Positions 1 through 9,918 of a stretch of 64,000 nucleotides of DNA are shown piece by piece; position 1 is the first letter of the stretch, and each line of letters opens with the position of its first letter. Under the pieces are notes generated by a model. The model was not told the DNA's origin. It ran no database searches and saw nothing but the letters and a program-made list of their open reading frames with translations. Source of the stretch: Pseudobdellovibrionaceae bacterium. Its GTDB lineage: Bacteria; Bdellovibrionota; Bdellovibrionia; Bdellovibrionales; Bdellovibrionaceae. The translations under genes were made by a program, and so were the position numbers. The DNA is taken from the NCBI GenBank assembly GCA_044237745.1, contig JBIIER010000016.1, positions 1,053-65,052 of the forward strand, read 5' to 3'.

Positions 1-12
1 AATTTTTTAGTT

Positions 13-261
13 TTAATGAAGTGTGAATAATTTTGGTTTAGAATTCAAATTGCAAAAAGAACATATTGAGACTTCTTGAATTTGTTTTCCGTCAGCAGAA
101 ACATCATGATTAAAATTTAAGTGTGAACCACAGAGAGGGCAATAATTAACTTCTAACAAAAAACTTTCAACTCTTGAGTAATGATCTGATTTTTCAGAGC
201 TAGTTTGCCCTTCTTGATTTTGAGCGTCTTTCAAACGAACTGATATATTAGCAATCTCCAT
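13..261 (-). CDS. small zinc-ribbon protein, function unknown
   Basis: 82-codon ORF with an AGGAGG Shine-Dalgarno a few nt upstream of the ATG at 261. Two Cys pairs (CPLCG ... CSFC) are typical of a Zn-ribbon. No family recognised. Confidence 0.4.
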   Translation of the reverse strand: MEIANISVRLKDAQNQEGQTSSEKSDHYSRVESFLLEVNYCPLCGSHLNFNHDVSADGKQIQEVSICSFCNLNSKPKLFTLH

Positions 262-353
262 AAACCCTCCTAGTTTAGAGTCAAATTTTTCAAATAGAAA
301 TATTTTATGAAAAATTCGTGATTGATTTTTTTTAAATATATCGTCTCAATTTG

Positions 354-392
354 AAAAAACTTGAGGCTAGTTTTCTAAAGACTACCCTCAAG
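354..392 (-). terminator. rho-independent terminator downstream of the CoA-transferase gene
   Basis: On the minus strand there is a CTTGAGG-GTAGT ... ACTAG-CCTCAAG stem-loop (392..360). It is followed immediately by TTTTTT (359..354), about 28 nt after the stop at 421. Confidence 0.6.
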
Positions 393-420
393 TTAAATTT
401 TGTCATGAGTTTTTGGAAAT

Positions 421-1950
421 TTAATACAAAGGTTTGTCTGGACCAAAATTCTTACAGGCCTTATCGTACTCTTCCCACCAGTACTTTAGGCTCTCTAAAT
501 TAGTGATCCTAGGCTCATCTCCAGCTCCCGCTAATTTTAAGTACTCCAAAAGTAGAGGTCTAAAGTAAGGATGCGCACATTTTTCAATCATCTCTTTTGC
601 ACGTTTTTCAGGAGAGCGAATTTCTGTATTCAACACTAATCCCTGCTCTGTTACAATACACTTAATGTCATGCTCAGTGTGATCAATGTGTCGCACATAA
701 GGCATCACACAACTCACCACACTTCCATCTCTCAATCGTCGGATCGAAGGCGTGTGCACCATACTAATGTAAGCATTTCTTAAAAAGTCACCACTTCCAC
801 CAAGTCCATTAATAATTTTTGAACCATCCACGTGAGTAGAATTCGCATGACCATAAATATCCACTTCCACAGGTGTGTTCATGGCAATCACAAAAAGTCT
901 GGAAATAATTTCGGGAGAATTCGACAACCAAGTTGGGCGCAAAATCACACGATCACGGCATTTATCAAAAAGTTCAAAGAATTTTTTCCAAGAGTCTTTT
1001 GAAAACGAAACTGCTGTCGATGAGGCCACTTCAAACTTATCTTCATTCTCAATGTAGCGAAGCATTCCATCTTGAAACACCTCAGTCCAAAAACGAATTC
1101 TTTGAAATGGAGAATCATACAACTCACTCACTACGGCATTAGCAATATTACCCACACCTGATTGGATCGGTGGAATTTTATTTCCCCAGTTGTAACGAGT
1201 TTTACAGTCCCCCAAAAATCCTATCACATTTTCGGCAATTTTTTTATCAATGGCCGAAGTCTCTTTAAAAGCCACTCCATAATCAGGAATTTTAGATTCA
1301 ACAATAGCCACAACTTTACTCATGTCGATCGGCACATGAAAGGAACCTACACGATCTCCCACATTCGTCACAGGCACTGGCCAACCAATGCGCGGATAAA
1401 CACGGGGTTGAGTCATATCATGAAAGCCCGTGTAATCAGGGCCGGCGGTATTGACTTCTAAAATAATTTTTTTAGCTTTAGTGAGAGCCTCACCAGAAAT
1501 TCCCACCGAAGAAGTTAAAATCACTCCACCAGATGGAAGGATTCGAGAGACTTCCACAACTGCAAAATCAATCTCCCCATAAAAACCATACATGAGATTG
1601 CGTGAAAACTGTGAAAGATGAATATCGCTAAAATCCATTGTGCGAGCTAAGATTCTTTTTCTGGATTCAGAAGAAGACATGTAAGGAGCTCTTTTAGCCA
1701 CAAAGGGAGCTAAGGGATTTTCAACATCTTCAGAAAGTGAAGCTCCGCTTAAAAGTGTGATTTTATAATCGGGATGATTGGCAGCAAAATGTCGACCCAA
1801 AGCAGGAATAAAAACCTTAGGCTCTCCTGATTTTGTAAACCCACTGATGGCCAAAGTAGAACCATCATGAATAAATTTGACGGCTTCCTCAACAGGCATA
1901 ACTTTTTTTAATAACTCCGCACATTCTATTCTTTGAGTCAGTTCACTCAT
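421..1950 (-). CDS. acetyl-CoA hydrolase/transferase family protein (succinyl-CoA:acetate CoA-transferase type, AarC/Ach1-like)
   Basis: 509 aa. C-terminal block EVDIYGHANSTHVDGSKIINGLGGSGDFLRNA and N-terminal LAISGFTKSGEPK match my memory of the family signature. Length is typical. Confidence 0.85.
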   Translation of the reverse strand: MSELTQRIECAELLKKVMPVEEAVKFIHDGSTLAISGFTKSGEPKVFIPALGRHFAANHPDYKITLLSGASLSEDVENPLAPFVAKRAPYMSSSESRKRILARTMDFSDIHLSQFSRNLMYGFYGEIDFAVVEVSRILPSGGVILTSSVGISGEALTKAKKIILEVNTAGPDYTGFHDMTQPRVYPRIGWPVPVTNVGDRVGSFHVPIDMSKVVAIVESKIPDYGVAFKETSAIDKKIAENVIGFLGDCKTRYNWGNKIPPIQSGVGNIANAVVSELYDSPFQRIRFWTEVFQDGMLRYIENEDKFEVASSTAVSFSKDSWKKFFELFDKCRDRVILRPTWLSNSPEIISRLFVIAMNTPVEVDIYGHANSTHVDGSKIINGLGGSGDFLRNAYISMVHTPSIRRLRDGSVVSCVMPYVRHIDHTEHDIKCIVTEQGLVLNTEIRSPEKRAKEMIEKCAHPYFRPLLLEYLKLAGAGDEPRITNLESLKYWWEEYDKACKNFGPDKPLY

Positions 1951-2011
1951 TACAATCTCCCCAATAAATCCGTTAAATTTTGATTATGACTCTTCTCTTG
2001 AGATAATCAAC

Positions 2012-2113
2012 TTATGCAAACAGGAGCGAAATTTTTTTAACAACTTCAAAAACTCCCCAAGAAAGAGGAATCACTACAAGCGACCAATATACGAATAATT
2101 GTAATTTTGCCAT
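2012..2113 (-). CDS. 33-aa single-TM protein, likely small subunit/partner of the upstream OFA-type MFS transporter (absent from the supplied ORF track)
   Basis: ATG at 2113 lies 10 nt after the MFS stop, with a GGGG SD-like run between them. Translation is MAKLQLFVYWSLVVIPLSWGVFEVVKKISLLFA. The W..V.IPL.WGV core resembles the tiny ORFs annotated 'MFS transporter small subunit' (recalled, not searched). Confidence 0.5.
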   Translation of the reverse strand: MAKLQLFVYWSLVVIPLSWGVFEVVKKISLLFA

Positions 2114-2123
2114 AAAAATACCC

Positions 2124-3497
2124 CTAACCTTTACTTTCTACTGACGCAAGATTCATAACTTTTCTGTTTGCAATAAAACCCACTAAGAGAACCACTAACA
2201 TGATTTGAAGAGTCAAAGTGTAGCTATCAGCGGCACTCACTCCCCGTTTAATTTGTGCTTCTCTCAAATAGGTAATGAGAGCGGGACCTAAAATACCAGC
2301 AGTTGACCATGCCGTTAATAAACGACCATGGATAGCTCCCACATTGTAGAGACCAAAAATATCTTTTAAATAAGCAGGAATTGTTGCAAAGCCGCCACCA
2401 TACATGCTGATTATTAAACAAGCAGTCCCAATAAAAAGACCCAAGTAATGACCTTTGCCTATTTGTGGAATCAAACTGTATAAAATAATCCCGAGACCAA
2501 AATAAATTGTATAAGTTAATTTTCGACCCAGTTTATCAGAAAAAGAAGACCACAAGAATCTTCCGCCTAAATTAAATAAACTCAAAAGACCTACAAAACC
2601 TGCTGCACCGGCTGCAGTCACATGGTCTGGAAACATTTCTTGAATCATTGGAGACGCTTGAGAAAGAATCGCAATCCCCGCAGTGACATTCGTGCAAAGG
2701 ACTAACCATAAAAGCCAAAATTGTTTTGTTCTCACGGCTTCTTCAACGCTCACATTTCTGACAGGATTTTTTGAATCTTTATTTTTGTTAGCTTCATTAT
2801 TTTGAGATAAGCCCGCTTTTTCTAACAAACTTGGGTGTGGCATTCTGATATTAAAAACCCCAAATAGCATCAGCACTAAATACAAAATGCCCATCACTAA
2901 AAAGGTTTCAAGAACACCATTACCAGTGGCCGATTTAAAATGGTTCATGAGTGAAACCGCCAATGGTGAACCAATAATCGCCCCACCCCCAAAGCCCATA
3001 ATGGCTAAACCTGTGGCCATACCTGGTTTATCTGGAAACCATTTCATCAAAGTAGAGACTGGAGAAATATAGCCCATACCGAGCCCTATCCCTCCAATAA
3101 TACCGTAACCAAAATAAAGTAAAAAGATTTGATGAAAATAAACTCCGAGGGCTGCTAAAAAAAATCCACTCGTAAAACAAACTGTCGAAATAGCCATGGC
3201 CATTCGAGGACCTGCTTTTTCAAGCCACTTTCCAAAAAGAGCTGCTGATAAACCTAGCATCACAAAAGCTAATGAAAATATCCAAGTCACTGTTGAGAGC
3301 TTCCAATCTTCAGGAGCTGATTGAGTCACCCCAAGGACTTGAGTTAAGGGAATATTAAACACACTGAAGGAGTAAGCTTGCCCAATGGCCAAATGAATTG
3401 CTAAAGCGGCAGGAGGGACCAACCAACGATTGTATCCAAGGGGCGCATAGGTGTTTTCTTTTTGTAAAAACCGATGTTGTAAAAGAGATGAGATCAT
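2124..3497 (-). CDS. MFS transporter, oxalate/formate antiporter (OFA) family
   Basis: 457 aa, about 12 hydrophobic segments with a central hydrophilic loop. The N-terminal NRWLVPPAALAIHLAIGQAYSFSVF motif is typical of OFA-family MFS. Adjacent to a CoA-transferase. Confidence 0.8.
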   Translation of the reverse strand: MISSLLQHRFLQKENTYAPLGYNRWLVPPAALAIHLAIGQAYSFSVFNIPLTQVLGVTQSAPEDWKLSTVTWIFSLAFVMLGLSAALFGKWLEKAGPRMAMAISTVCFTSGFFLAALGVYFHQIFLLYFGYGIIGGIGLGMGYISPVSTLMKWFPDKPGMATGLAIMGFGGGAIIGSPLAVSLMNHFKSATGNGVLETFLVMGILYLVLMLFGVFNIRMPHPSLLEKAGLSQNNEANKNKDSKNPVRNVSVEEAVRTKQFWLLWLVLCTNVTAGIAILSQASPMIQEMFPDHVTAAGAAGFVGLLSLFNLGGRFLWSSFSDKLGRKLTYTIYFGLGIILYSLIPQIGKGHYLGLFIGTACLIISMYGGGFATIPAYLKDIFGLYNVGAIHGRLLTAWSTAGILGPALITYLREAQIKRGVSAADSYTLTLQIMLVVLLVGFIANRKVMNLASVESKG

Positions 3498-3617
3498 AAC
3501 TGTTCCTTATTCTTTGAAATCTTTTTTAGTATTTTCTCAAGAGTAAAAGTAATGACATAACAGAGTTCTGGCCATCAAAGATTAGAGCTTGTGCAGAATT
3601 TAAAATAAAATTGGGAT

Positions 3618-3626
3618 ATTATAGCA
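3618..3626 (-). promoter_or_regulatory. candidate extended -10 promoter (TGcTATAAT) for the MFS/CoA-transferase unit
   Basis: The minus strand reads TGCTATAAT, about 120 nt upstream of the MFS ATG (3497). No good -35 was seen, and the AT-rich background makes chance matches likely. Confidence 0.3.
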
Positions 3627-3746
3627 CTCCCCTCTTCACACTTAGTCATGAGCTTTAAAGAAACCTAGTCTAGTTATTGGGTTCTTAAGAGGAGAAAAAC
3701 CCTTTTTGATAGAGTCCCTCATTTTTTTTGGGTAATATCTTCCCAT

Positions 3747-4229
3747 ATGGAAAAATTAAAAAATTGGAAAATTTTCTCAGTGGCCTTCATCATGATGTTT
3801 TCACTTTTACCTCATTCTTCTCTAGGAAAAGTCAAAAAATCAAAAAAATCTCCTCAAAAAAGTGAATCGGAATCTCCAAACATAGTGATCAATGACTTGG
3901 ATTTTGAATTTAAAGATCATCGTGTTTATATCAAAATCAAAAAAGCAAAAGACACTTTTGAAATTACAGATGAACTCGGCACCCGTGCTCTGCAAATAAA
4001 AAACTGCAATAAAAAAATTATTCACGAGTTTTCAGAAGACATCCTCACGCATATTAAAGGCCTTCAAACGTCTCAATCATCCAACAAAAAAAACCCAGAT
4101 CGATGGGTTAAATTTGAGGGCATTCAGTATCCGGTGCTCACTTTTGAACCTGCATTTAAGTTTTTTCATGAAACTTCTCATCGATCTCATGCTTTATTTA
4201 TGGAGAGCCATAGACTGTGCAAAAATTAA
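3747..4229 (+). CDS. secreted hypothetical protein
   Basis: 160 aa with an N-terminal signal-like segment (IFSVAFIMMFSLLPHSSLG) followed by a K/S-rich region. No family recognised. Confidence 0.45.
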   Translation: MEKLKNWKIFSVAFIMMFSLLPHSSLGKVKKSKKSPQKSESESPNIVINDLDFEFKDHRVYIKIKKAKDTFEITDELGTRALQIKNCNKKIIHEFSEDILTHIKGLQTSQSSNKKNPDRWVKFEGIQYPVLTFEPAFKFFHETSHRSHALFMESHRLCKN

Positions 4230-4234
4230 CTTTT

Positions 4235-6214
4235 ATGAATAAAAAATTCTTTATCTTAACAGTTTGTTTAACGTCTTTCTTTTTATTTTTTTCACAAACT
4301 CAATTGGCTCAGGCAGAGATTGGAAAAAAAATAAACAAAGCCATTCATAAACTCAACAAACTCTCTCCTAATACGGATTGTGAGGATTGCAATCTATCCT
4401 CCTCTGGCCAAAACCTCGAAGAATCAGCAGAACAAATAAAAGCAACCAATGCCATCAAAAGTTGTGTAGAAAACATTTGTCCCAATCCAGAGTTCTCCTC
4501 TGCAGCAACTATCGAAAAAATATTTAAACAATCTATGGTGTTACACCCCAATTTGGACAGAGAATTTAACAATCTCTTTAAAGGCCTGCACCAACAAGAT
4601 CTCTTAGTTAAAATTAAAAAGACTCAACTGCTCTTAGATTGGATCAAAACTAAGCCCACAGTAAAAGACCCCGCAGTGATTCGCTTTTACAATCTCACTA
4701 AAAGTATTAAATTATTTTCTAAATTTAAATTTAAAGATGAAGGTCAAAACTTAGTTGTGGATGTTGAGAACACTAAAAAAGAATTTCCAAATCTGACAGA
4801 TGCTCAAATGGATTTACAAATTGAAATTGGCAAGCATGCTTTAAAAGCATTTATGCAACCCGTGTTTCAAGAAACTGATCCCGAACGAATTAAATTTATT
4901 TATCCAGATAATCAATTAAAAGCTCATGTTCAAACTCTGATAAAAAAATATGAAGTCACTCAAAATAAAATACAAAATAATCCTGATTTAGCTTTTGTGA
5001 GATTTATTCCCTCTCTCGCTAAATCTAAAGTCCCGACAATTCTTCAAGATCTTTTAAAAGGAAACGACTTTACTCCTCAAGCCATTGCGGATGTAAACCA
5101 ATACTTTACGACCTTACAAGTTCTAGATGAAGCCACCACCGACGAAGCCTTTAAAAAAATCCTCGACACCCCTCAATCGACAGTTCAAGAAGATATTGAT
5201 AATAATCAAATTGAATCTTACTTACAGGGTTTATTGAAAAAGAGTTATGAACAACTCAATGCGGATCCCAACCCTAAGGAGTTTGAATCCTGCTTAGTGG
5301 CTGTCAATATGGGACAAGAGTTTCTCCCGTCCAATGATGAGCTCCTGCAATACAGAGCTCAAGCCAGCCAAATTAAACCCAATTATTTTAAAAAAATTAA
5401 ACCCCTTCTTTCGGAACATTCTTTTGGAATTCTCCAAAAAGAAAGCGCCAACTGGAAACTTCTACTCCCTCAGAGCAAAGAATATCATCTTTCAAAAATC
5501 AGAAGTTCTCTGACCGACGAACTCAATAGTCTTAAGGAGGATGTCAATCGCTGGAGTGCCATGCCTCAATCTCCAATTAAAGAGATTGCTTATCTGGCGC
5601 AAATTCCTTCAGTAAAAAATTGGGATGAAAAAAATGAGACCTACACTGAACTGTGCAACAAAACGATTCCCAATATTTTTCCGGATGCTTCTTCTTACAA
5701 CTCAGGAAAAGTGTTAATTGGCCCCATGGCTGTTAAATTCCCTCAAGAGGGAGCCGGAATTGTAGAGCATGAACTCAGTCATCTTGTGTACCACACCCTC
5801 TTAGAAAAAGAGATTAGTAAAGAAACTTATAATTGGTTTCAAAAATCAAGAGCCTGTATTTTAGATAACCACACTGAAATGCCTGCTGAAGTTTTTAAAC
5901 AACAAAAAGCCAATCTTTTGACTCAGCCTACAACTTATGAGTCCGAGGATTTTGCTGATTTATTGGCTGCAAAGGCGGTTTATAATAAACAAGATTCTAA
6001 AAACTTTTCTTGTTTATTTGCTCGCAAAATCGATAAAGAACAGTATGCTCCAATGAATTTAAGCAAACCCGATACACAGGAACCTCATTCTAGCGACTTT
6101 TTTAGACTTCTCCATATTGAATTCTTAAAAAATGGAAAAGTCCCAGATGAGTGTCTCTCAGCAGTCAAAAACAGAGGTCAAATTTTGAATTTTAAAGATT
6201 GCTCTCAAAAGTAA
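4235..6214 (+). CDS. secreted putative zinc metallopeptidase (gluzincin; M13-like motif spacing)
   Basis: Start moved to the ATG at 4235, which gives the signal peptide MNKKFFILTVCLTSFFLFFSQTQLAQA. HELSH lies at 5768-5782 and EDFAD lies 59 codons later (5945-5959), like the HExxH ... ExxAD arrangement of neprilysin-type enzymes. Confidence 0.5.
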   Translation: MNKKFFILTVCLTSFFLFFSQTQLAQAEIGKKINKAIHKLNKLSPNTDCEDCNLSSSGQNLEESAEQIKATNAIKSCVENICPNPEFSSAATIEKIFKQSMVLHPNLDREFNNLFKGLHQQDLLVKIKKTQLLLDWIKTKPTVKDPAVIRFYNLTKSIKLFSKFKFKDEGQNLVVDVENTKKEFPNLTDAQMDLQIEIGKHALKAFMQPVFQETDPERIKFIYPDNQLKAHVQTLIKKYEVTQNKIQNNPDLAFVRFIPSLAKSKVPTILQDLLKGNDFTPQAIADVNQYFTTLQVLDEATTDEAFKKILDTPQSTVQEDIDNNQIESYLQGLLKKSYEQLNADPNPKEFESCLVAVNMGQEFLPSNDELLQYRAQASQIKPNYFKKIKPLLSEHSFGILQKESANWKLLLPQSKEYHLSKIRSSLTDELNSLKEDVNRWSAMPQSPIKEIAYLAQIPSVKNWDEKNETYTELCNKTIPNIFPDASSYNSGKVLIGPMAVKFPQEGAGIVEHELSHLVYHTLLEKEISKETYNWFQKSRACILDNHTEMPAEVFKQQKANLLTQPTTYESEDFADLLAAKAVYNKQDSKNFSCLFARKIDKEQYAPMNLSKPDTQEPHSSDFFRLLHIEFLKNGKVPDECLSAVKNRGQILNFKDCSQK

Positions 6215-6236
6215 ACTGGGCAAACCCAGTTTTTTT
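6213..6236 (+). terminator. rho-independent terminator between convergent genes
   Basis: AAACTGGG-caaa-CCCAGTTT hairpin followed by a T-run, directly after the stop at 6214. It overlaps the stop of the convergent VOC gene. Confidence 0.6.
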
Positions 6237-6597
6237 AAAGATTCACAGGAAGATAGAGTTCAACGGCATTGCCATCTGGATCTAAAAAGTTGGCTGATTT
6301 TCTATCCGGAAATTCAGTCAATTCAAGAATTTCAATTCCCAACTCTTGCTCTTTAAGACGCTGACAAACGGCTTCGATATTTTGCACTAAAAATGAAAAC
6401 TGAAAACTCGGCATTTTTGAATCTTGAGCAACAGCACTCGGAATGAGCTTAAACTCCATCTCATTAACCAAGGTTTTTTCAATAAAAGAGCCTTTATTGA
6501 CCTGTGTGGTCTCAAATTTGAGCCCTAAAGCAGAATAAAAATTTTTCATTTTTTCAATTTGTGTCGTTTTTATGCTTAATGAATTAATTTTCATCAT
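6235..6597 (-). CDS. VOC (glyoxalase/bleomycin-resistance/dioxygenase) family protein
   Basis: 120 aa. Size and pattern fit a single VOC module: N-terminal beta-alpha-beta (KNFYSALGLKF) and C-terminal FLDPDGNAVELY. Confidence 0.65.
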   Translation of the reverse strand: MMKINSLSIKTTQIEKMKNFYSALGLKFETTQVNKGSFIEKTLVNEMEFKLIPSAVAQDSKMPSFQFSFLVQNIEAVCQRLKEQELGIEILELTEFPDRKSANFLDPDGNAVELYLPVNL

Positions 6598-6726
6598 TTT
6601 TATGGCCCTACCTATGACTCTATGCCACTCTGATTGACCTCAGATGTCAAGGCCGGATATACCATTTGGTCTTTAACTTAATGAACTTTTTGAGAGCCTC
6701 AGACGCTCCTTCAAAGGACTCCTTTT

Positions 6727-9387
6727 ATGAATCAAAATTCTACGCCGAACCAATTTATTTATTTAAAAGACTATCAAAAGCCTCATTTTGTAGTGGAGTC
6801 CATTGAACTCTTCTTTAATATTGAAAAAGAAGTCACCACCGTCACAGCTTTGCAAAATTTAAAACGCCAAGGAACTGGACCCCTTCTCCTTAATGGTGAA
6901 GAATTGGAATTGGTTTCGATTAAAATCAACGGCCAAGAGTTAGCTAAAAATGAATTTGAAAAAACTGAGGAAACTCTAAAAATCCTCAATCCGCCTGACC
7001 AATTTAAATTAGAAGTTATCACTCTCACTAAACCTCATCTTAACACTTCATTAGATGGACTCTACAAAAGTAAAGATTTTTTAGTCACTCAATGTGAAGC
7101 TGAAGGCTTTAGAAAAATCACGTATTTTATGGACCGCCCTGATGTGATGACAAAGTACACGGTGACTATTGAAGCTGATGCCACTCAATATCCTATTTTA
7201 CTTTCTAATGGAGATCGCCAATGGAAAAAAGATTTAGGAAATGGTCGTCACCAAGTGCAATGGAAAGACCCCTTCAATAAGCCTTGTTATCTCTTTGCTC
7301 TTGTTGCTGGAGATCTTGGCGTGATTAAAGATACATTCAAAACAATGACAGGCAAATCAATCAACTTAGAAATCTATGCTTCTCATGGCAAACAAGATCG
7401 TTGTCATCATGCCATGGTGTCTCTCAAAAAATCGATGGAATGGGATGAACAGGCCTTTGGTAGAGAGTATGATTTAAATGATTACATGATTGTGGCTATT
7501 GATGACTTCAATGCAGGGGCCATGGAAAACAAAGGTCTTAACATTTTTAATGCTAAGTACATTTTAGCTGATTCAAAAACAGCGACTGACCTAGACTTTG
7601 ATCTTGTTGAAAGCGTTGTGGCTCATGAGTACTTCCATAACTGGACTGGAAATAGAATCACTTGCCGTGATTGGTTTCAGCTTTCTCTCAAAGAAGGCTT
7701 AACAGTTTATCGCGATCAAGAGTTTTCTGCAGATATGGGTTCACGCGAAGTGAAGAGAATAGAAGATGTGGTTTCTCTTAGAAACCGTCAGTTTTCAGAA
7801 GACGCAGGACCGAATGCCCATCCTGTTCGCCCTACAAAAGCGATGAGTGTCGATAACTTTTTTACTGCCACTATTTATGAAAAAGGGGCTGAACTCATTC
7901 GCATGATGCAAACCATGACCGGAAAGAAAAACTTTCGCAAAGGTATGGATCGATACTTTGAACTTTATGATGGCCAAGCTGTGACCACAGAAGATTTTGT
8001 ACATGCAATCAGCTCTGCAAATGGACTTGATTGGACTCTTTTTAAAAATTGGTATGATCAAGCGGGAACTCCAGTTGTTGAAGTGACAGAAAAATATTTA
8101 CCTGAACAAAAAGTTTATGAATTGCACTTTAAACAAAGCTGTCCTCCAACTCCTGAACAAGAAACTAAAAAGCCATTTCATATTCCCATAAAATTTGCTT
8201 TATTAGACCCTTCAGGAAAAGAAATTCCAATAAATTCTCCTCAGATTGCCAAAGACTCTGAAGGAAACCCTCTCATCAACCTCACTCAAGCTTCAGAAGT
8301 TTATAAGTTTGAGAACATGGCAGCTCGTCCAGTGCCAAGTCTCTTAAGAGGATTTTCTGCACCTGTTCATTTAAAATGGGATGTTTCAGATGAAACTCTT
8401 TTATTTTTATTAAAGCATGATCAGGATGGCTTTAATCGTTGGGAAGCCCTCCAGACTCTCACTTTAAAATACTTTGAAAAACTGATTTCAAGATCCAATG
8501 AAAGCCGTTTTAAAATTCCTGATTCTTATTTTGAAGCCTTCGATGTGATTTTAAAAGACGAACACATTCCTGCTGGATTTAAAGCTAAGTTATTAGAGCT
8601 TCCTTCGGATGAGTTCTTAATTCAAATGATGCCTGAGTTTTCTTCTGAAGAATTCTTTCAAGCACGCCAAGAGTTAGAAATTGGCATTGCTCAAAAATGC
8701 CATGCTAGTTTGCTAAAAATCTATGAACAGTATCACAATAAAAATTTAGAAACTCTCAATGCCAAAGTTTTTGGCGAGCGCCAGCTTAAAAATATCGCTC
8801 TTATTTACTTAGCCGCTGATGAAGCTGCTTCTGATTTTAAAAAAATCACCACCATGATTTGGGATCAGTTTTCAAAAGCTGCTAACATGACCGATAAAAT
8901 GTGGGCTCTTTCTATGATGAATGATTCTGAGAATGAGGTTCTTAAAGAGATGAGAGAAAAAGCTCTGACTCAGTTTTTTGAAGAATGGAAAGACGATACC
9001 TTAGTTTTGGATAAATGGTTTGGTATTCAAGCTCGAAGCTTGCAAAAAAATACCTTCGAAAGAGTGAAAGCTCTTACAAAACATTCGCATTTTGATTATG
9101 GGAACCCGAATAAGATCTATGCCCTGTTAAGAACATTTTCAGGCGTAAATCTGATTCGTTTTAATGATGAACGCTATGATGCATATGACTTTTTAGCTGA
9201 TGAAATCATTAAAATTGACGAGAAAAACCCGCAAGTGGCTTCTCGTTTGTGTGCTGCTTTTAATCCATGGAAAAAGCTCACTCCAGATCAACAGAAAAAA
9301 GCGAAGGCTTCGTTAGAAAAGATTTTAAAGTTTCCTAAACTTTCTAAAAACTCAAAGGAATTGATTTTAAAATCTTTAGGATCTTAA
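6727..9387 (+). CDS. pepN: aminopeptidase N (M1 family)
   Basis: 886 aa. GAMEN exopeptidase motif and HEYFHNWTGN...WFQLSLKEG zinc site (HExxH-x18-E). Full-length resemblance to PepN. Confidence 0.95.
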   Translation: MNQNSTPNQFIYLKDYQKPHFVVESIELFFNIEKEVTTVTALQNLKRQGTGPLLLNGEELELVSIKINGQELAKNEFEKTEETLKILNPPDQFKLEVITLTKPHLNTSLDGLYKSKDFLVTQCEAEGFRKITYFMDRPDVMTKYTVTIEADATQYPILLSNGDRQWKKDLGNGRHQVQWKDPFNKPCYLFALVAGDLGVIKDTFKTMTGKSINLEIYASHGKQDRCHHAMVSLKKSMEWDEQAFGREYDLNDYMIVAIDDFNAGAMENKGLNIFNAKYILADSKTATDLDFDLVESVVAHEYFHNWTGNRITCRDWFQLSLKEGLTVYRDQEFSADMGSREVKRIEDVVSLRNRQFSEDAGPNAHPVRPTKAMSVDNFFTATIYEKGAELIRMMQTMTGKKNFRKGMDRYFELYDGQAVTTEDFVHAISSANGLDWTLFKNWYDQAGTPVVEVTEKYLPEQKVYELHFKQSCPPTPEQETKKPFHIPIKFALLDPSGKEIPINSPQIAKDSEGNPLINLTQASEVYKFENMAARPVPSLLRGFSAPVHLKWDVSDETLLFLLKHDQDGFNRWEALQTLTLKYFEKLISRSNESRFKIPDSYFEAFDVILKDEHIPAGFKAKLLELPSDEFLIQMMPEFSSEEFFQARQELEIGIAQKCHASLLKIYEQYHNKNLETLNAKVFGERQLKNIALIYLAADEAASDFKKITTMIWDQFSKAANMTDKMWALSMMNDSENEVLKEMREKALTQFFEEWKDDTLVLDKWFGIQARSLQKNTFERVKALTKHSHFDYGNPNKIYALLRTFSGVNLIRFNDERYDAYDFLADEIIKIDEKNPQVASRLCAAFNPWKKLTPDQQKKAKASLEKILKFPKLSKNSKELILKSLGS

Positions 9388-9918
9388 ATGAAAAACTCGT
9401 TTTTTATTAAATTATTTGCGACTTTACTGACTGGAGTGCTTGTCACTTCAGTTTGGTACCTTAAGAAGTCTGAAGATCCTGTTCAGACTTCTGTGATTGA
9501 AGATTTACTAGCTAAACAAAATATTTTTGGATTTAATTATAAAAATCCCAAACCTGAGGTAGAGTATTATATCTTAAATTTTTGGGCTTCATGGTGCCCT
9601 CCGTGTATAGAGGAGACACCCTCACTGATTCGCATGACTCAAAAAAATGCGCCTAAATATCATTTATTTGCCATCTCTCAAAACTCATCTTCTCAAGAAA
9701 TAGACGAGTTTTTAAAAACTTTCCCCACTCTCAGCAATCAAAATACTGAGATCCTTTGGGATGATAATAGAAATCTAGCACGTAAACTCAATGTCGAGAG
9801 ACTTCCAGAAACCTTTATCTATTCTGTGAAAAAGAAAAAGTTTTTAAAAATCAGTGGTTCCACGGATTGGGAGTCTCCTGAAGTTGAAAAATACATTCAA
9901 AATTATTTTAACAACTAA
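9388..9918 (+). CDS. thiol:disulfide oxidoreductase, TlpA/ResA-like thioredoxin-fold protein
   Basis: 176 aa with an N-terminal membrane anchor and a WASWCPPC active-site motif. The start abuts the pepN stop. Confidence 0.8.
   Translation: MKNSFFIKLFATLLTGVLVTSVWYLKKSEDPVQTSVIEDLLAKQNIFGFNYKNPKPEVEYYILNFWASWCPPCIEETPSLIRMTQKNAPKYHLFAISQNSSSQEIDEFLKTFPTLSNQNTEILWDDNRNLARKLNVERLPETFIYSVKKKKFLKISGSTDWESPEVEKYIQNYFNN

Noticed and set aside
875-1461. Four 60-99-aa ORFs within or antisense to the CoA-transferase gene
   Set aside because: They lie fully inside a well-supported 509-aa CDS. They have no motifs and no ribosome-binding sites.
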